Shown here one piece after another: positions 7,201-15,064 of a stretch of 15,064 nt of DNA (its first letter is position 1; every line of letters starts with the position of its first letter). This DNA is from a bacterium. Its GTDB lineage: Bacteria > Hinthialibacterota > Hinthialibacteria > Hinthialibacterales > Hinthialibacteraceae. Where the stretch lies: positions 1-15,064 of the forward strand of contig JBHGBC010000151.1 in the NCBI GenBank assembly GCA_041946805.1. Reading direction: 5' to 3'. A model generated the notes under the pieces. It was not told the DNA's origin. It was given only the letters and a program-made list of their open reading frames with translations, and ran no database searches. The translations under genes were made by a program, and so were the position numbers.

Positions 7201-10200
7201 TGGATTCAAACCGGCCGCCAGCGCGACGCCCACCGCCGGGATTTGTTCCAGCAGTTCAAGGAGAACCTTTTCCAGCTCGACCTGGAACAGATTCACGCGT
7301 GGCTGTTGCTCGCCGAATCGAGTTGGTTCCCCAAGTCCTGGTTCTACAGCGTAAAGGCTGCGAGATCATTGAGGCAGGCGGCCCTGCCGAAACAACTGCC
7401 CGGCAAGACCGAATGGCGGGCGCGCGTGGAACTGGCCTTGTCGGTCAAGCGGGATGAATCCGCGCTGCGGCAGGCCTCGGTGGAAGCGCGCTCCTGGATC
7501 GGGGGCCTGTGGAACGAGGGAGAAGCCGATTGGAACCAAGTGGAAAACGCACTGAACTGGTCCGAACGGTTCCGCGCGGTCTTGTCCAACATCCCCGGGG
7601 ATGATCTGGATGAGCGGCAGAGGATCAAAGAGCGCTGGATCAAGCTGGCCACCGAATGGGCCGATCAACTCAGCCCTTCCTCTCCTCTGGGCCAGGCGCT
7701 GCGCCGCCTGGTGGAATTGGAGAAACATTGGGAAATCCAGCGGAACGAGCTGGCCGGCCTGTTGAAATTGGATGAGGAGAAAGCCTGGGGATTGGATGAC
7801 GATCCGGAGCACCTGGAACGCGCATTCGCCGCGTTGGCCGGTTGGCGGGATCATCTGCCGGATCTGCATCTGTGGTGCGGTTATATCCAGGCGCGCGAAT
7901 TGGTGGCGCGGCACGGTTTGGCGGAACTGGCGGCCAAGGCGGAAGCCGGGGAATTCGAAGCCGAACAATTGCCAAGTGTGTTTGAGCATTCGTATTATCA
8001 ATGGCGGATGCGGCGCTTGCTGGACGAAGAACCGTTGCTGGCCAGTTTCCAAAGTTTCGAGCATGCCCGCAAAATCCAGCGTTTCATGCGGAAAGACAAG
8101 GAGATTTTGCGGCTGGCCCAGGCGCAAGCCATCAACCGCCTGGAACAAAACATCCCCAAGCCCGGGAATGTCAACGAGATGTCGCCCATCGGCATCCTGC
8201 GCCGGGAGCTGAAAAAGAAGCGTCGGCATAAACCGGTCCGCCTGCTGCTCAAGGAAGTGGAAAATTACGTCACGCGCATCAAGCCGTGCTTCCTGATGAG
8301 TCCCTTGTCGGTGGCGCAGTTCATCCCCATGGATTTTTCTCCCTTCGACGTGGTGATCTTCGACGAGGCCTCGCAGCTCCCCGTCTGGGACGCGGTGGGG
8401 GCCATCGCGCGGGGCCGGCAGGCGATCGTGGTGGGCGACAGCAAGCAGCTGCCTCCGACCAACTTTTTCACCAAAATGGACAGCGGAGACGAGCCGGTGA
8501 ACGAGGAAGAACTGGAGGACATGGAAAGCATTCTGGACGAATGCGAAGCCTCCTGTTTCCCCAATTACCGGCTGAAATGGCATTACCGCAGCCGGCATGA
8601 ACACCTCATCGCCTTCAGCAATTATCATTATTACGGCAATGACCTCATCACCTTCCCCTCAGCCACGGACCAGGCGCCGGAATTGGGGGTGAAATGGCGC
8701 TATTTCCCGGATGGCGTTTATGACAAGGGCGTCAGCCGCACCAACCACAAGGAGGCGGAGGCCATCGCCGGGGAGATCGCGCGGCGGTTGCGGGATCCGA
8801 AATTGCGCGAACAAAGCATCGGCGTGGTGACTTTCAACCTGGCGCAGCAGAATCTCATTGAAGACCTGCTGGACGCCAAACGCCGCGAGTTCCCTGAGAT
8901 CGATCCCTGTTTCTCGCGCGAGAACGAGCCGGTGATCGTCAAAAACCTGGAGAACGTGCAGGGCGACGAGCGTGACGTGATTTTCATGTCCATCACTTTC
9001 GGGCCGGATATCAACGGAAAAATATCCATGAATTTCGGCCCATTAAACAGAGAGGGCGGTGAACGCCGCCTCAACGTGGCCATCACCCGCGCCCGGCTGC
9101 AAGTTCAAGTGTACTCCAGTCTGCGGGCGGATCAGATCGACTTGTCCCGCACCAAGGCAGTCGGGGCTTATCATTTGAAAACCTACCTGGACTACGCCGA
9201 GCGCGGCCCCCGGGCCATCGCTGAAGCCGCGCGGTTCAGCGGCCGGGAGGATTTTGAATCCCCCTTGGAAGAAGAAGTGGCCCGCGCGCTGGAAAAACGC
9301 GGCTGGACCGTCCACCGCCAGGTGGGGTGTTCAGGCTACCGCGTCGACTTGGCCGTGGTGCATCCCGGGCGGCCCGGCCGTTACCTGATGGGGATCGAGT
9401 GCGATGGCGCGACGTATCACCGCTCCACCGTGGCGCGTGACCGCGACCGCTTGCGCGAGAAGGTGCTACGCGACCTGGGCTGGGAATTGCACCGGGTTTG
9501 GTCCTCCGACTGGTGGCGCAATCCGGAGCGCGAAATTCAGCAGATCGAAAAGGCGTTGAACGCCGCGCTGGACCGGAGCAACCGTGGGGAAGCAGAGACG
9601 GCCGCGGCTGAACCGGCTCCGGCCGAAACCCCTTCACCGGAAAGCCCCATGGCGGAGCCCGAATTGCCTGAAACGGACCCGCCCGGATCTCCGGCGCCCG
9701 AATCCCAATCCGAGAACGAACGGGTCCGCATCGCCTCCGCGCCGGCCGCCCCACCCATGACCGAAACGGTGGAGGAATCCAAGCCGGACGCTCTCCCGGG
9801 CGCGCGGCCATACATCCCATATGACGTGATTCAATCCATGGGTGGCAGCGAAGAGTTCTACCTGCCGGAAAGCAATGCCTTGATCCGCCAAAAGATCGAG
9901 GAAATCGTGGAAACCGAGGGCCCGGTGGCCTTCGACCGGCTCGCCCGGCTCATCACCAACCTATGGGGGATGAGCAAGGCGGGAAAAAAGATCCGCGAGC
10001 GGGTGAAAAAATTGATCCCCGCCGCGACATTGGAAATCGTCAGTGACCGGGGAATCGTTTTTGTCTGGACCAAGGCGTCGCTGAATCAGGTCTACGAGGG
10101 CTTCCGGATCCCCGCAGACGGCGGCTACAAGCGCGGCATGGATGAGATCCCCACGGTGGAAATCGCCAACGCGGCGCGCGCCATCCTGCGTCAGCAAATC

Positions 10201-10359
10201 CAATTGCCCGCCGAGGCGCTGATGGCTGAAGTGGCCCGGAGTTTTGGATTCCAGCGGACCACGGAAAACATGAGGAGCCACATCCAGGCGGCAGTCGACG
10301 AGTTGATTCAATCCAACTTCTGCCGCCAAACGAATGGCGATCTCATCCTGATGGATTGA
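4219..10359 (+). CDS. Large DUF4011 / SF1 helicase / Vsr(MTES_1575)-like nuclease / DUF3320 protein (Hhe-like putative antiphage protein) with N-terminal transglutaminase-like domain
   Basis: 2046 aa from ATG 4219, preferred over TTG 4198 because of the RBS. DUF4011 start RWKHKLLDFSLNNRLLNFR (~5497). Walker A QGPPGTGKSQT (~6424). CFLMSPLSVAQ, VIFDEASQ (~8362), VGDSKQLPP, WHYRS, VQGDERD and RRLNVAITRAR. Nuclease FESPLEEEV...YRVDLAV...GIECDGATYH...RDRDRLR...LGWELHRVWSSDWW (~9253-9520). DUF3320-like IVETEGPVAFDRLARLITNLWG (~9880-10020). Confidence 0.9.
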   Translation: MDQVTHQPGEPTAPLPLCLELDYQPKINYAFQQNDIPFLRAIRIVNASEEKLSDLIVQVKGEPGLAAEWQTRIAEIPAGKTDSVSAIPMSFSPQYLLGITERVAGLLRVVVRQPERVLLEQTYPFEVFAYNEWCGLSSLPEILAALVLPNNPGVEEMLARTRDVLKQNTGDASLSGYQSKDPQRIRTMAAALYEAAARMDWSYINPPASFEETGQKVRFPDQIMRHRMGTCMDLTLFFAAGLEQCGLHPLVLLIKGHAFVGVWLVEDGFPDASITNGVMVRKRVDIGQMLVFETTAVTQSRKPSFAQACSDGRMRLNDDANFLFAVDVHTARLRRIRPIAVPELKPPAQREPLVPESQPGAAHGEGTAAPPPPPPVPTTEFFSSPVQPEEDRSGPDNELEIETDTEAPDETPPAEAPPEDVPSRIARWKHKLLDFSLNNRLLNFRETKKNCRLLCPDLAELEDALSEGATFRLLSRNKIPFLNDPRDEQTHREQTGEDVVRAFLHDAMRKGQLYADLPEKELESHLIEIYRESRVSLEEGGANTLYLALGFLAWYETKDSPQKRLAPLILIPLQITRPSIQEGFRMCMLEEEARINVTLLQMLGNDYGVRVEGLDPLPEDQKGIDIPKVLSVFKRAVLEIGRWEIEEIAYIGHFSFTKYLLWYDLDRHFDKMMENPVVKHLVQRAREAYNDGIPFPNPERLDEDYPPEQVFCVTDADSSQLAAVLAAAQGKSFVLQGPPGTGKSQTITNIVAHCLAEGKRVLFVSAKMAALNVVYDRLRKLDLGPYCLELHSNKTNIRRVHSQLEEAMNNGCAPPADAWSLETRELHRLRGELNRYAALLRTKRPSGDTAFQVLSMLSGFRDTPFTRLAWDDQREVTPEFRREVKDAVGQLVSAIEAVGDLSSHPFRACNVDQWHARLEGQVSAAVRAMDTTLHELAETMRQCAPHLLIREQGWTKQEIGLGIQLARLLTERAGAMADLLGNPDWEGIKPKIQSWIQTGRQRDAHRRDLFQQFKENLFQLDLEQIHAWLLLAESSWFPKSWFYSVKAARSLRQAALPKQLPGKTEWRARVELALSVKRDESALRQASVEARSWIGGLWNEGEADWNQVENALNWSERFRAVLSNIPGDDLDERQRIKERWIKLATEWADQLSPSSPLGQALRRLVELEKHWEIQRNELAGLLKLDEEKAWGLDDDPEHLERAFAALAGWRDHLPDLHLWCGYIQARELVARHGLAELAAKAEAGEFEAEQLPSVFEHSYYQWRMRRLLDEEPLLASFQSFEHARKIQRFMRKDKEILRLAQAQAINRLEQNIPKPGNVNEMSPIGILRRELKKKRRHKPVRLLLKEVENYVTRIKPCFLMSPLSVAQFIPMDFSPFDVVIFDEASQLPVWDAVGAIARGRQAIVVGDSKQLPPTNFFTKMDSGDEPVNEEELEDMESILDECEASCFPNYRLKWHYRSRHEHLIAFSNYHYYGNDLITFPSATDQAPELGVKWRYFPDGVYDKGVSRTNHKEAEAIAGEIARRLRDPKLREQSIGVVTFNLAQQNLIEDLLDAKRREFPEIDPCFSRENEPVIVKNLENVQGDERDVIFMSITFGPDINGKISMNFGPLNREGGERRLNVAITRARLQVQVYSSLRADQIDLSRTKAVGAYHLKTYLDYAERGPRAIAEAARFSGREDFESPLEEEVARALEKRGWTVHRQVGCSGYRVDLAVVHPGRPGRYLMGIECDGATYHRSTVARDRDRLREKVLRDLGWELHRVWSSDWWRNPEREIQQIEKALNAALDRSNRGEAETAAAEPAPAETPSPESPMAEPELPETDPPGSPAPESQSENERVRIASAPAAPPMTETVEESKPDALPGARPYIPYDVIQSMGGSEEFYLPESNALIRQKIEEIVETEGPVAFDRLARLITNLWGMSKAGKKIRERVKKLIPAATLEIVSDRGIVFVWTKASLNQVYEGFRIPADGGYKRGMDEIPTVEIANAARAILRQQIQLPAEALMAEVARSFGFQRTTENMRSHIQAAVDELIQSNFCRQTNGDLILMD

Positions 10360-10407
10360 GATTCACTCCTCGGAGAGGCAAACGCCGGTGGCCGCGGTTC
10401 AGCACGG

Positions 10408-11748
10408 TCAAGGAACGATCCGCACCCTGGCGCCGTCCCGCAGGGTGGCGTCGGGATGCAGCACCAGCGTGTCTTCTTCAGTCAGGCCCTCCAGGATTTC
10501 CATTTCCAGATCGCTTTTCAATCCCAGGGTGATCCATTTTTTCCTTAAATTGTTCTGTTCGATGGCCATGACGTAGTACCGCTGGTCCACATCCTGCATG
10601 ACGCACGAGCGGGGGATGATCAAAGTCTCCTTTTTGCCGCCGGTCAAAAACCGCGCCTGCAACTGGTAGCCCACACCCAGTTTTTCATGCGGGCCTTGGA
10701 AAGAGACGATTACGTTGATCCGCTGCTGCTCGACGCCCAGCGAGGACAGTTTCGTAAAGCCCGCCGGCTCGATCCGCTTGACGACGCCGGGAATCGGTTC
10801 GAATCCCGTGGCCGGTTCCAGGAAGACCGGACTGCCCGGGGAGAGCCGCAGCGCGTCCTGGGTGAGAACCTCGGCGGTGACTTCCAATTGGTTCAAATCG
10901 CCCAGCAGCAGAAGTTGCTGGCCGGCCGGCAGGTAGCGGTCGCCCAGTTCGTAGCGCTCCAGCGCCACGCCGTTGATGGGCGAACGGATGGCGGCCCGCG
11001 CGTAATCGTGTTCCGCCCGCGCCAGGCGCGCCTGGGCCTGCGCCATTTTGTGGCCCAACACCGACCGCTGTAACTGCTTGCGCCCCAGGTATTCATCCAC
11101 GAAACGGGGGCCGAGTTCCACCGCGGTCTGCATGGCCTTCATGGCGGTGTGGAGGAATTCTTGTTTCCGCAATTCGATCAGGGCGGTTTCGGCGGTCAAT
11201 TGGGCGTCGTCCAGCTGGCTTTGCGAGACCGATTTCTCCGTGGCCAGTTTTTGGATGCGTTCCAGTTCCTTGGCGGAGCGTTCCGAACGCCGCTTTTCCG
11301 CGTCCACCTGAGCCTGAGCGGCTTTCAGAGTTTCCTGGATGGAGGCGATCATGGCTTCGGTTTCGATCTTCACCGTTTCTTCCAACTTGTTGTAATCACT
11401 GAGCGCGATCTCGGCCTCCAGTTCTTTGACCAGAGCCCGCGATTCCTCCACTTCCTGTTGGAAAGGAGTAAGGTCATACCGGGCCAGTTCCTGACCGGCC
11501 TCCACGGGATCGCCCGGTTCGAAATCGATCCGCCCGATCTCTCCGGCGATGGGCATGGTGATGAGATATGTCGTCTCCAGGCGCGTTTTGGCCGGTTCGG
11601 AAAACGATTCTTCAATCTCTCCCTTCCGCGGGCGGGCGCTCTCCACGTCGATCGACTCGCCGCATCCACTCAGCCATAGCGAGGTCCCCACGAGAACGGA
11701 TAAGCACGGTGAGAGAAGACATACAACACGCGAGTTCGTTGGATTCAT
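10408..11748 (-). CDS. Efflux transporter periplasmic adaptor subunit (HlyD/MacA-like membrane fusion protein), putative lipoprotein
   Basis: 446 aa with signal peptide and lipobox LSGC (Cys29). Split lipoyl halves ITMPIAGEIGRIDFEPGDPVEAGQELA and IRSPINGVAL flank a long helical hairpin, followed by RIEPAGFTKLSSLGVEQQRINVIV and EILEGLTEEDTLV. RBS GGGAG at 11759-11755. Confidence 0.9.
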   Translation of the reverse strand: MNPTNSRVVCLLSPCLSVLVGTSLWLSGCGESIDVESARPRKGEIEESFSEPAKTRLETTYLITMPIAGEIGRIDFEPGDPVEAGQELARYDLTPFQQEVEESRALVKELEAEIALSDYNKLEETVKIETEAMIASIQETLKAAQAQVDAEKRRSERSAKELERIQKLATEKSVSQSQLDDAQLTAETALIELRKQEFLHTAMKAMQTAVELGPRFVDEYLGRKQLQRSVLGHKMAQAQARLARAEHDYARAAIRSPINGVALERYELGDRYLPAGQQLLLLGDLNQLEVTAEVLTQDALRLSPGSPVFLEPATGFEPIPGVVKRIEPAGFTKLSSLGVEQQRINVIVSFQGPHEKLGVGYQLQARFLTGGKKETLIIPRSCVMQDVDQRYYVMAIEQNNLRKKWITLGLKSDLEMEILEGLTEEDTLVLHPDATLRDGARVRIVP

Positions 11749-11751
11749 GGT

Positions 11752-14136
11752 TCACTCCCTGACTTTCAAAACCTCCAGCCATTCCATCTGGCGGATCATG
11801 CGGCGCACGATCCCTTGGGCCAGCCAGACGAATCCCAGCATGATGCCAATCGCGGTCAGCATCCGGGCTGGACGGATAACCACGGGGAACCGGTAGAGTT
11901 CGGTGCTGTACGCCAGGCTCAACCAGTAAGCCAATCCCATCCCCGCCCATAGGCCCAGGGCAATGCCCACGCTGTTCAACAAGTAACTCTCGCCCGAGAA
12001 GATTTTGGATACTTGCCGGGCGGTGTATCCCAGCACCCGCAAGGTTCCCACTTCGCGTTGCCGTTCGCTGAGCGTGACCAGCGCGGTGTTGAGCACGCTG
12101 CCGAAGGCAATCAGGCCGGCGAACAGCACCATGACCGAGATCATCGCGTCCATGGTCTGCCCGAAGGTCTCCCGGAGTTGGTTCAAGGCCTGCCGCCGCT
12201 CGCTGATGCCCACCACCGTGGGCCGCCGCTTGAGTTCCCGCAAAAAGGCCCGATCCGCGTTATTGCTATACGTCGTGACCAGAATGGCGTTGGCCGCCCA
12301 CTCTTCACCCAGCAACCGGCTGAGATATTGAAGATCCGCGTAGGCCGAGAGCCCCAGATACGAATCCACAATTCCGGTGATCGGGGCCTCCACTTCATCG
12401 CGCCGCCCGGTCAGCGGGCGCAAATGGATCCGGTCACCCATGGTGACATTCATTATTTCCGCCAGCTTCCGGGTGAATACCAAGCCGGAACCGGGGATGG
12501 TAGCTGGATTTCCATATTGGTCTTGCGGCGTGTACAGGCGGTGATCGGCCGGCAAACCAATGATGCCCGCGCGTTTCCGGTACGGCCCGTGCGTCAGATC
12601 GCAGGCCACCGCCAGTTGCGGCTCGGCTTGAGACACGGCAGGAAAATTCTGAACTTCCGGATTCCCGCGCCGCCCCACGGGATCACGCAGGGTGATGGTG
12701 AGATCCTGCCGCGACACGCGCTCGAACTCATGCTCCATCAGGAACTGAAACGCGTCCACGTTGCAAAGCGTCATGAGAATCAGCGCCGTGCTGATGGTGG
12801 CGGCCAGCACGTTGACCAAACCGCGGAACCGGTTGCGGAACACGGAACGGAAGATCAGTTTCCACTGGAACGGCAAGCATTGCCACAGCCGCGGAATCCG
12901 TTCGAGAAAGATCCGGCCGCCGCGTTCGGGCACGGGCGGGCGCATGGCTTCCGCCGGTTCCAGAGACGCGGCGTAGCGCACTCCTTTCACGGTCCCCAGG
13001 ACGGCGAAGACCACGCCGATCCCCACGCTGGCCAGAATAATGCCGGGATACACATGCGCGTTGATTTCCGGCAAAGCGAAGAAGATCCGGTACAATCCGA
13101 TGTAGAATTCCTGCAGCCAGAATCCGAACGCGAGGCCGCATGCGCCGCCGATCAATCCGATCAACACGCCGTAACTCATGTAATGCCCCATCAAAAAGCG
13201 GGTGGAATAACCGAGCGCTTTCAACGTGCCGATCACCGGCCGTTGCTGGACCACCATCCGGCCCATGAGGACATTGAGCACCAGCGCGGCGACGCCCAAA
13301 AAGAGCGTGGGGAGAATGCGGGAGGAGACTTCCAAGCCGGTCAGTTCGTCGGCCAGGAATCGCACCGAGGCTTGATCGCGAAACGCCTCGGCCTGGACGA
13401 CCCCATAGGCGTCCAGTTTCTCCTCGAGCCGCCGCAGGGTGAAATCCAACACCGGGGGCGAGGCGTCATGCGCCAGGCCGATGATCTGGTTGTACGCGCC
13501 GTCCAGATCGCTGGATTCCTGCAAAAACTTTTCGGGGAGATACAGCACGCCAAAGTTCTTGGGATCGGGCATCAGGCCGCCGCTTGGAGGTATCAGGTAC
13601 ACAAATTCCGGCGACATGGCCGTCCCCACCACCAGCAGGTCGTGTTGCTTATCTAGCAGCAACACGCGGATCCGGCTGCCGGGAACCAGGCCGTGCTCTT
13701 TCGCGAAGGCCTGGTCCACGATCACTTCCCGCCGGTCCGTGTCCGAAAACCAGGCGCCCGAGCGCAACAGAACGCCATTCAGCACCGGCGCGCGGCGCAC
13801 GGGCAGCGAAAGGGCGGTCCCGGAAACCGGCGGTTCCCGCCCCGGCACTTCGATCAACACCGCCTGTTGCACGCGGCCCCGCGCTTCCCGTACGTTGGGA
13901 AAGGCGGCCACCGTCTCCACGCTCCACCGCGGCGCCCGCTTGAGGTTCACGATGAAGTCCGCGAGGCGGTAATCCGCGTAGTAACGGCGGCGGGAATCGT
14001 CCAGGTCGCGGTACAGGGACGCCATGCAGAGATACACCCCTACGCCGATGGTCATGATGATCAGCAACGCGGCCAGCGATCCCTTGCGCGGCCGCAGGTC
14101 GCGGATCATTTTGCGGGTGAAGAGCCGCGTCACCAC
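11752..14136 (-). CDS. ABC transporter permease, MacB/FtsX-like with two periplasmic plus TM repeats
   Basis: 794 aa with two repeats of TM, periplasmic domain and three TMs. FtsX signatures QQRPVIGTLKALGYS and ERQREVGTLRVLGYT. The GTG start (14136 or 14133) overlaps the ATPase stop codon. Confidence 0.92.
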   Translation of the reverse strand: MVTRLFTRKMIRDLRPRKGSLAALLIIMTIGVGVYLCMASLYRDLDDSRRRYYADYRLADFIVNLKRAPRWSVETVAAFPNVREARGRVQQAVLIEVPGREPPVSGTALSLPVRRAPVLNGVLLRSGAWFSDTDRREVIVDQAFAKEHGLVPGSRIRVLLLDKQHDLLVVGTAMSPEFVYLIPPSGGLMPDPKNFGVLYLPEKFLQESSDLDGAYNQIIGLAHDASPPVLDFTLRRLEEKLDAYGVVQAEAFRDQASVRFLADELTGLEVSSRILPTLFLGVAALVLNVLMGRMVVQQRPVIGTLKALGYSTRFLMGHYMSYGVLIGLIGGACGLAFGFWLQEFYIGLYRIFFALPEINAHVYPGIILASVGIGVVFAVLGTVKGVRYAASLEPAEAMRPPVPERGGRIFLERIPRLWQCLPFQWKLIFRSVFRNRFRGLVNVLAATISTALILMTLCNVDAFQFLMEHEFERVSRQDLTITLRDPVGRRGNPEVQNFPAVSQAEPQLAVACDLTHGPYRKRAGIIGLPADHRLYTPQDQYGNPATIPGSGLVFTRKLAEIMNVTMGDRIHLRPLTGRRDEVEAPITGIVDSYLGLSAYADLQYLSRLLGEEWAANAILVTTYSNNADRAFLRELKRRPTVVGISERRQALNQLRETFGQTMDAMISVMVLFAGLIAFGSVLNTALVTLSERQREVGTLRVLGYTARQVSKIFSGESYLLNSVGIALGLWAGMGLAYWLSLAYSTELYRFPVVIRPARMLTAIGIMLGFVWLAQGIVRRMIRQMEWLEVLKVRE

Positions 14137-14843
14137 TGGATTTCCTCAACCCGCTTGGGGACCGCGGTGACTTCGACCGTGTGAATCGCTCCATCCCGGA
14201 TCCGCGCGACCCGGTGGCCCAGCTGGGCGATGGCGTTGTTGTGGGTGATCAGGATGATGGTTTTATTCAGCGTTTGATTGAGTTCCACCAGCAAGCCGAG
14301 TATCTGCCGGCTGGTTTCGAGATCCAACGCGCCGGTGGGCTCGTCGCACAGGATAAGGCGCGGCCGGCGGGCCAGCGCGCGGGCGATGGACACCCGCTGC
14401 TGTTCGCCGCCGCTCAGCTGGGCGGGAAAATGGTCCGCCCGGTTCTCCAGGCCGGTCAGGCGCAGCGCCTCGAGCGGATCCAGGGGATCGCGTGCGATCT
14501 CCGTGGCCACCTGCACGTTCTCCAGCGCCGTCAGGGTCGGGATGAGGTTGTAGAATTGGAAGACGAATCCCACTTCGGCGCGGCGGTATTCGGTCAACTC
14601 GGCTTCGGAAGCCTGGGCCAAGTCTTTCCCCAAATACGTAACGGATCCCGACGTCGGGCGGTCGATCCCTCCGAGGTGGTTCAACAGCGTGCTTTTGCCC
14701 GAGCCGCTGGGTCCGGCGACGATCAGGAATTCCCCATCATAAATGTCGAGCGACGCGTCGCGCAGGGCGGCCACGGACACCTCGCCCATGTGGTAGACCT
14801 TGCTCACCGATTGGATGGAGAGAATGACCGGCTTGGACGGCAT
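14130..14843 (-). CDS. ABC transporter ATP-binding protein (LolD/MacB-like)
   Basis: Walker [11 protein letters not shown]-loop GFVFQFYNL, signature LSGGEQQR, Walker B/D-loop [12 protein letters not shown] and H-loop ITH. RBS GGAG at 14854-14851. Confidence 0.95.
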   Translation of the reverse strand: MPSKPVILSIQSVSKVYHMGEVSVAALRDASLDIYDGEFLIVAGPSGSGKSTLLNHLGGIDRPTSGSVTYLGKDLAQASEAELTEYRRAEVGFVFQFYNLIPTLTALENVQVATEIARDPLDPLEALRLTGLENRADHFPAQLSGGEQQRVSIARALARRPRLILCDEPTGALDLETSRQILGLLVELNQTLNKTIILITHNNAIAQLGHRVARIRDGAIHTVEVTAVPKRVEEIQW

Positions 14844-14983
14844 GGCGCGGCTCCAGCCCTTGGAATCCCGTTCATGGACATGATACCCGCAAATCGGGGA
14901 ATCTCCTTGGAGGAATCCACCGCTGGAGAAATTTCATGAGAGAGGGAACAAGGACTGACAGAGCGGCAAAAAGTCTCTTGATG

Positions 14984-15053
14984 GTGGTGCAGACATCTTG
15001 TCTGCACATCTTGTCTGCGCAATATATGGTTGCAGGCAGGATGCCTGCACCAC
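14984..15053. repeat. REP-like inverted doublet (REPIN/BIME-like element)
   Basis: Left arm GTGGTGCAGACATCTTGTCTGCA (14984-15006) versus the reverse complement of the right arm (15031-15053), GTGGTGCAGGCATCCTGCCTGCA: 20/23 identical. Each arm is itself a hairpin with a 3-nt loop and a GTGG 5' foot. Confidence 0.75.
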
Positions 15054-15064
15054 AATGTATAGAA

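Noticed and set aside
10360..10407. Bidirectional terminator between the convergent helicase and adaptor genes
   Set aside because: Only a 4-bp CTCC/GGAG stem with no U-tracts, which is insufficient.
3974..10407. Helicase gene as a mobile element or genomic island
   Set aside because: No integrase, transposase, tRNA, terminal inverted repeats or flanking direct repeats were found, and there is no obvious composition shift.
12013..13656. 547-aa + strand ORF opposite the permease (also 14181-14939 opposite the ATPase)
   Set aside because: Antisense shadow ORFs with no domain signature or RBS support.
14844..14983. Promoter or operator of the ABC operon (three GGAATC hexamers, TATCAT on the - strand)
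   Set aside because: Spacing is irregular and there is no matching -35, so it cannot be distinguished from chance.
14984..15053. Possible CRISPR array edge
   Set aside because: The two copies are inverted rather than direct, there are no regular unique spacers, and no cas genes are in view.

Overview
GC-rich bacterial chromosomal window with seven protein-coding genes and no rRNA, tRNA, CRISPR array, integrase or transposase that I can see. The + strand carries a 5'-truncated enolase-superfamily (mandelate racemase/muconate lactonizing-like) enzyme, a CgeB-like glycosyltransferase with a Maf-like N-terminal region, and sucD without an adjacent sucC. These are followed by a ~245-bp repeat-rich spacer and a stand-alone ~2046-aa multidomain protein. 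That protein has a putative transglutaminase/papain-like Cys-His-Glu domain, DUF4011, an SF1 (Upf1-like) helicase split by a long helical insert, a Vsr/MTES_1575-like nuclease and a DUF3320/wHTH tail, matching the Hhe-type antiphage architecture. The - strand carries a convergent three-gene MacAB/LolD-like ABC export operon (ATPase, double-FtsX permease, lipoprotein periplasmic adaptor). A REP-like palindrome family appears as an inverted doublet at the right end and as a single degenerate copy after sucD. The most interesting candidate is the apparently catalytically intact cysteine-hydrolase/transferase module fused to the helicase-nuclease. All family calls come from motif recognition by eye, not database searches.
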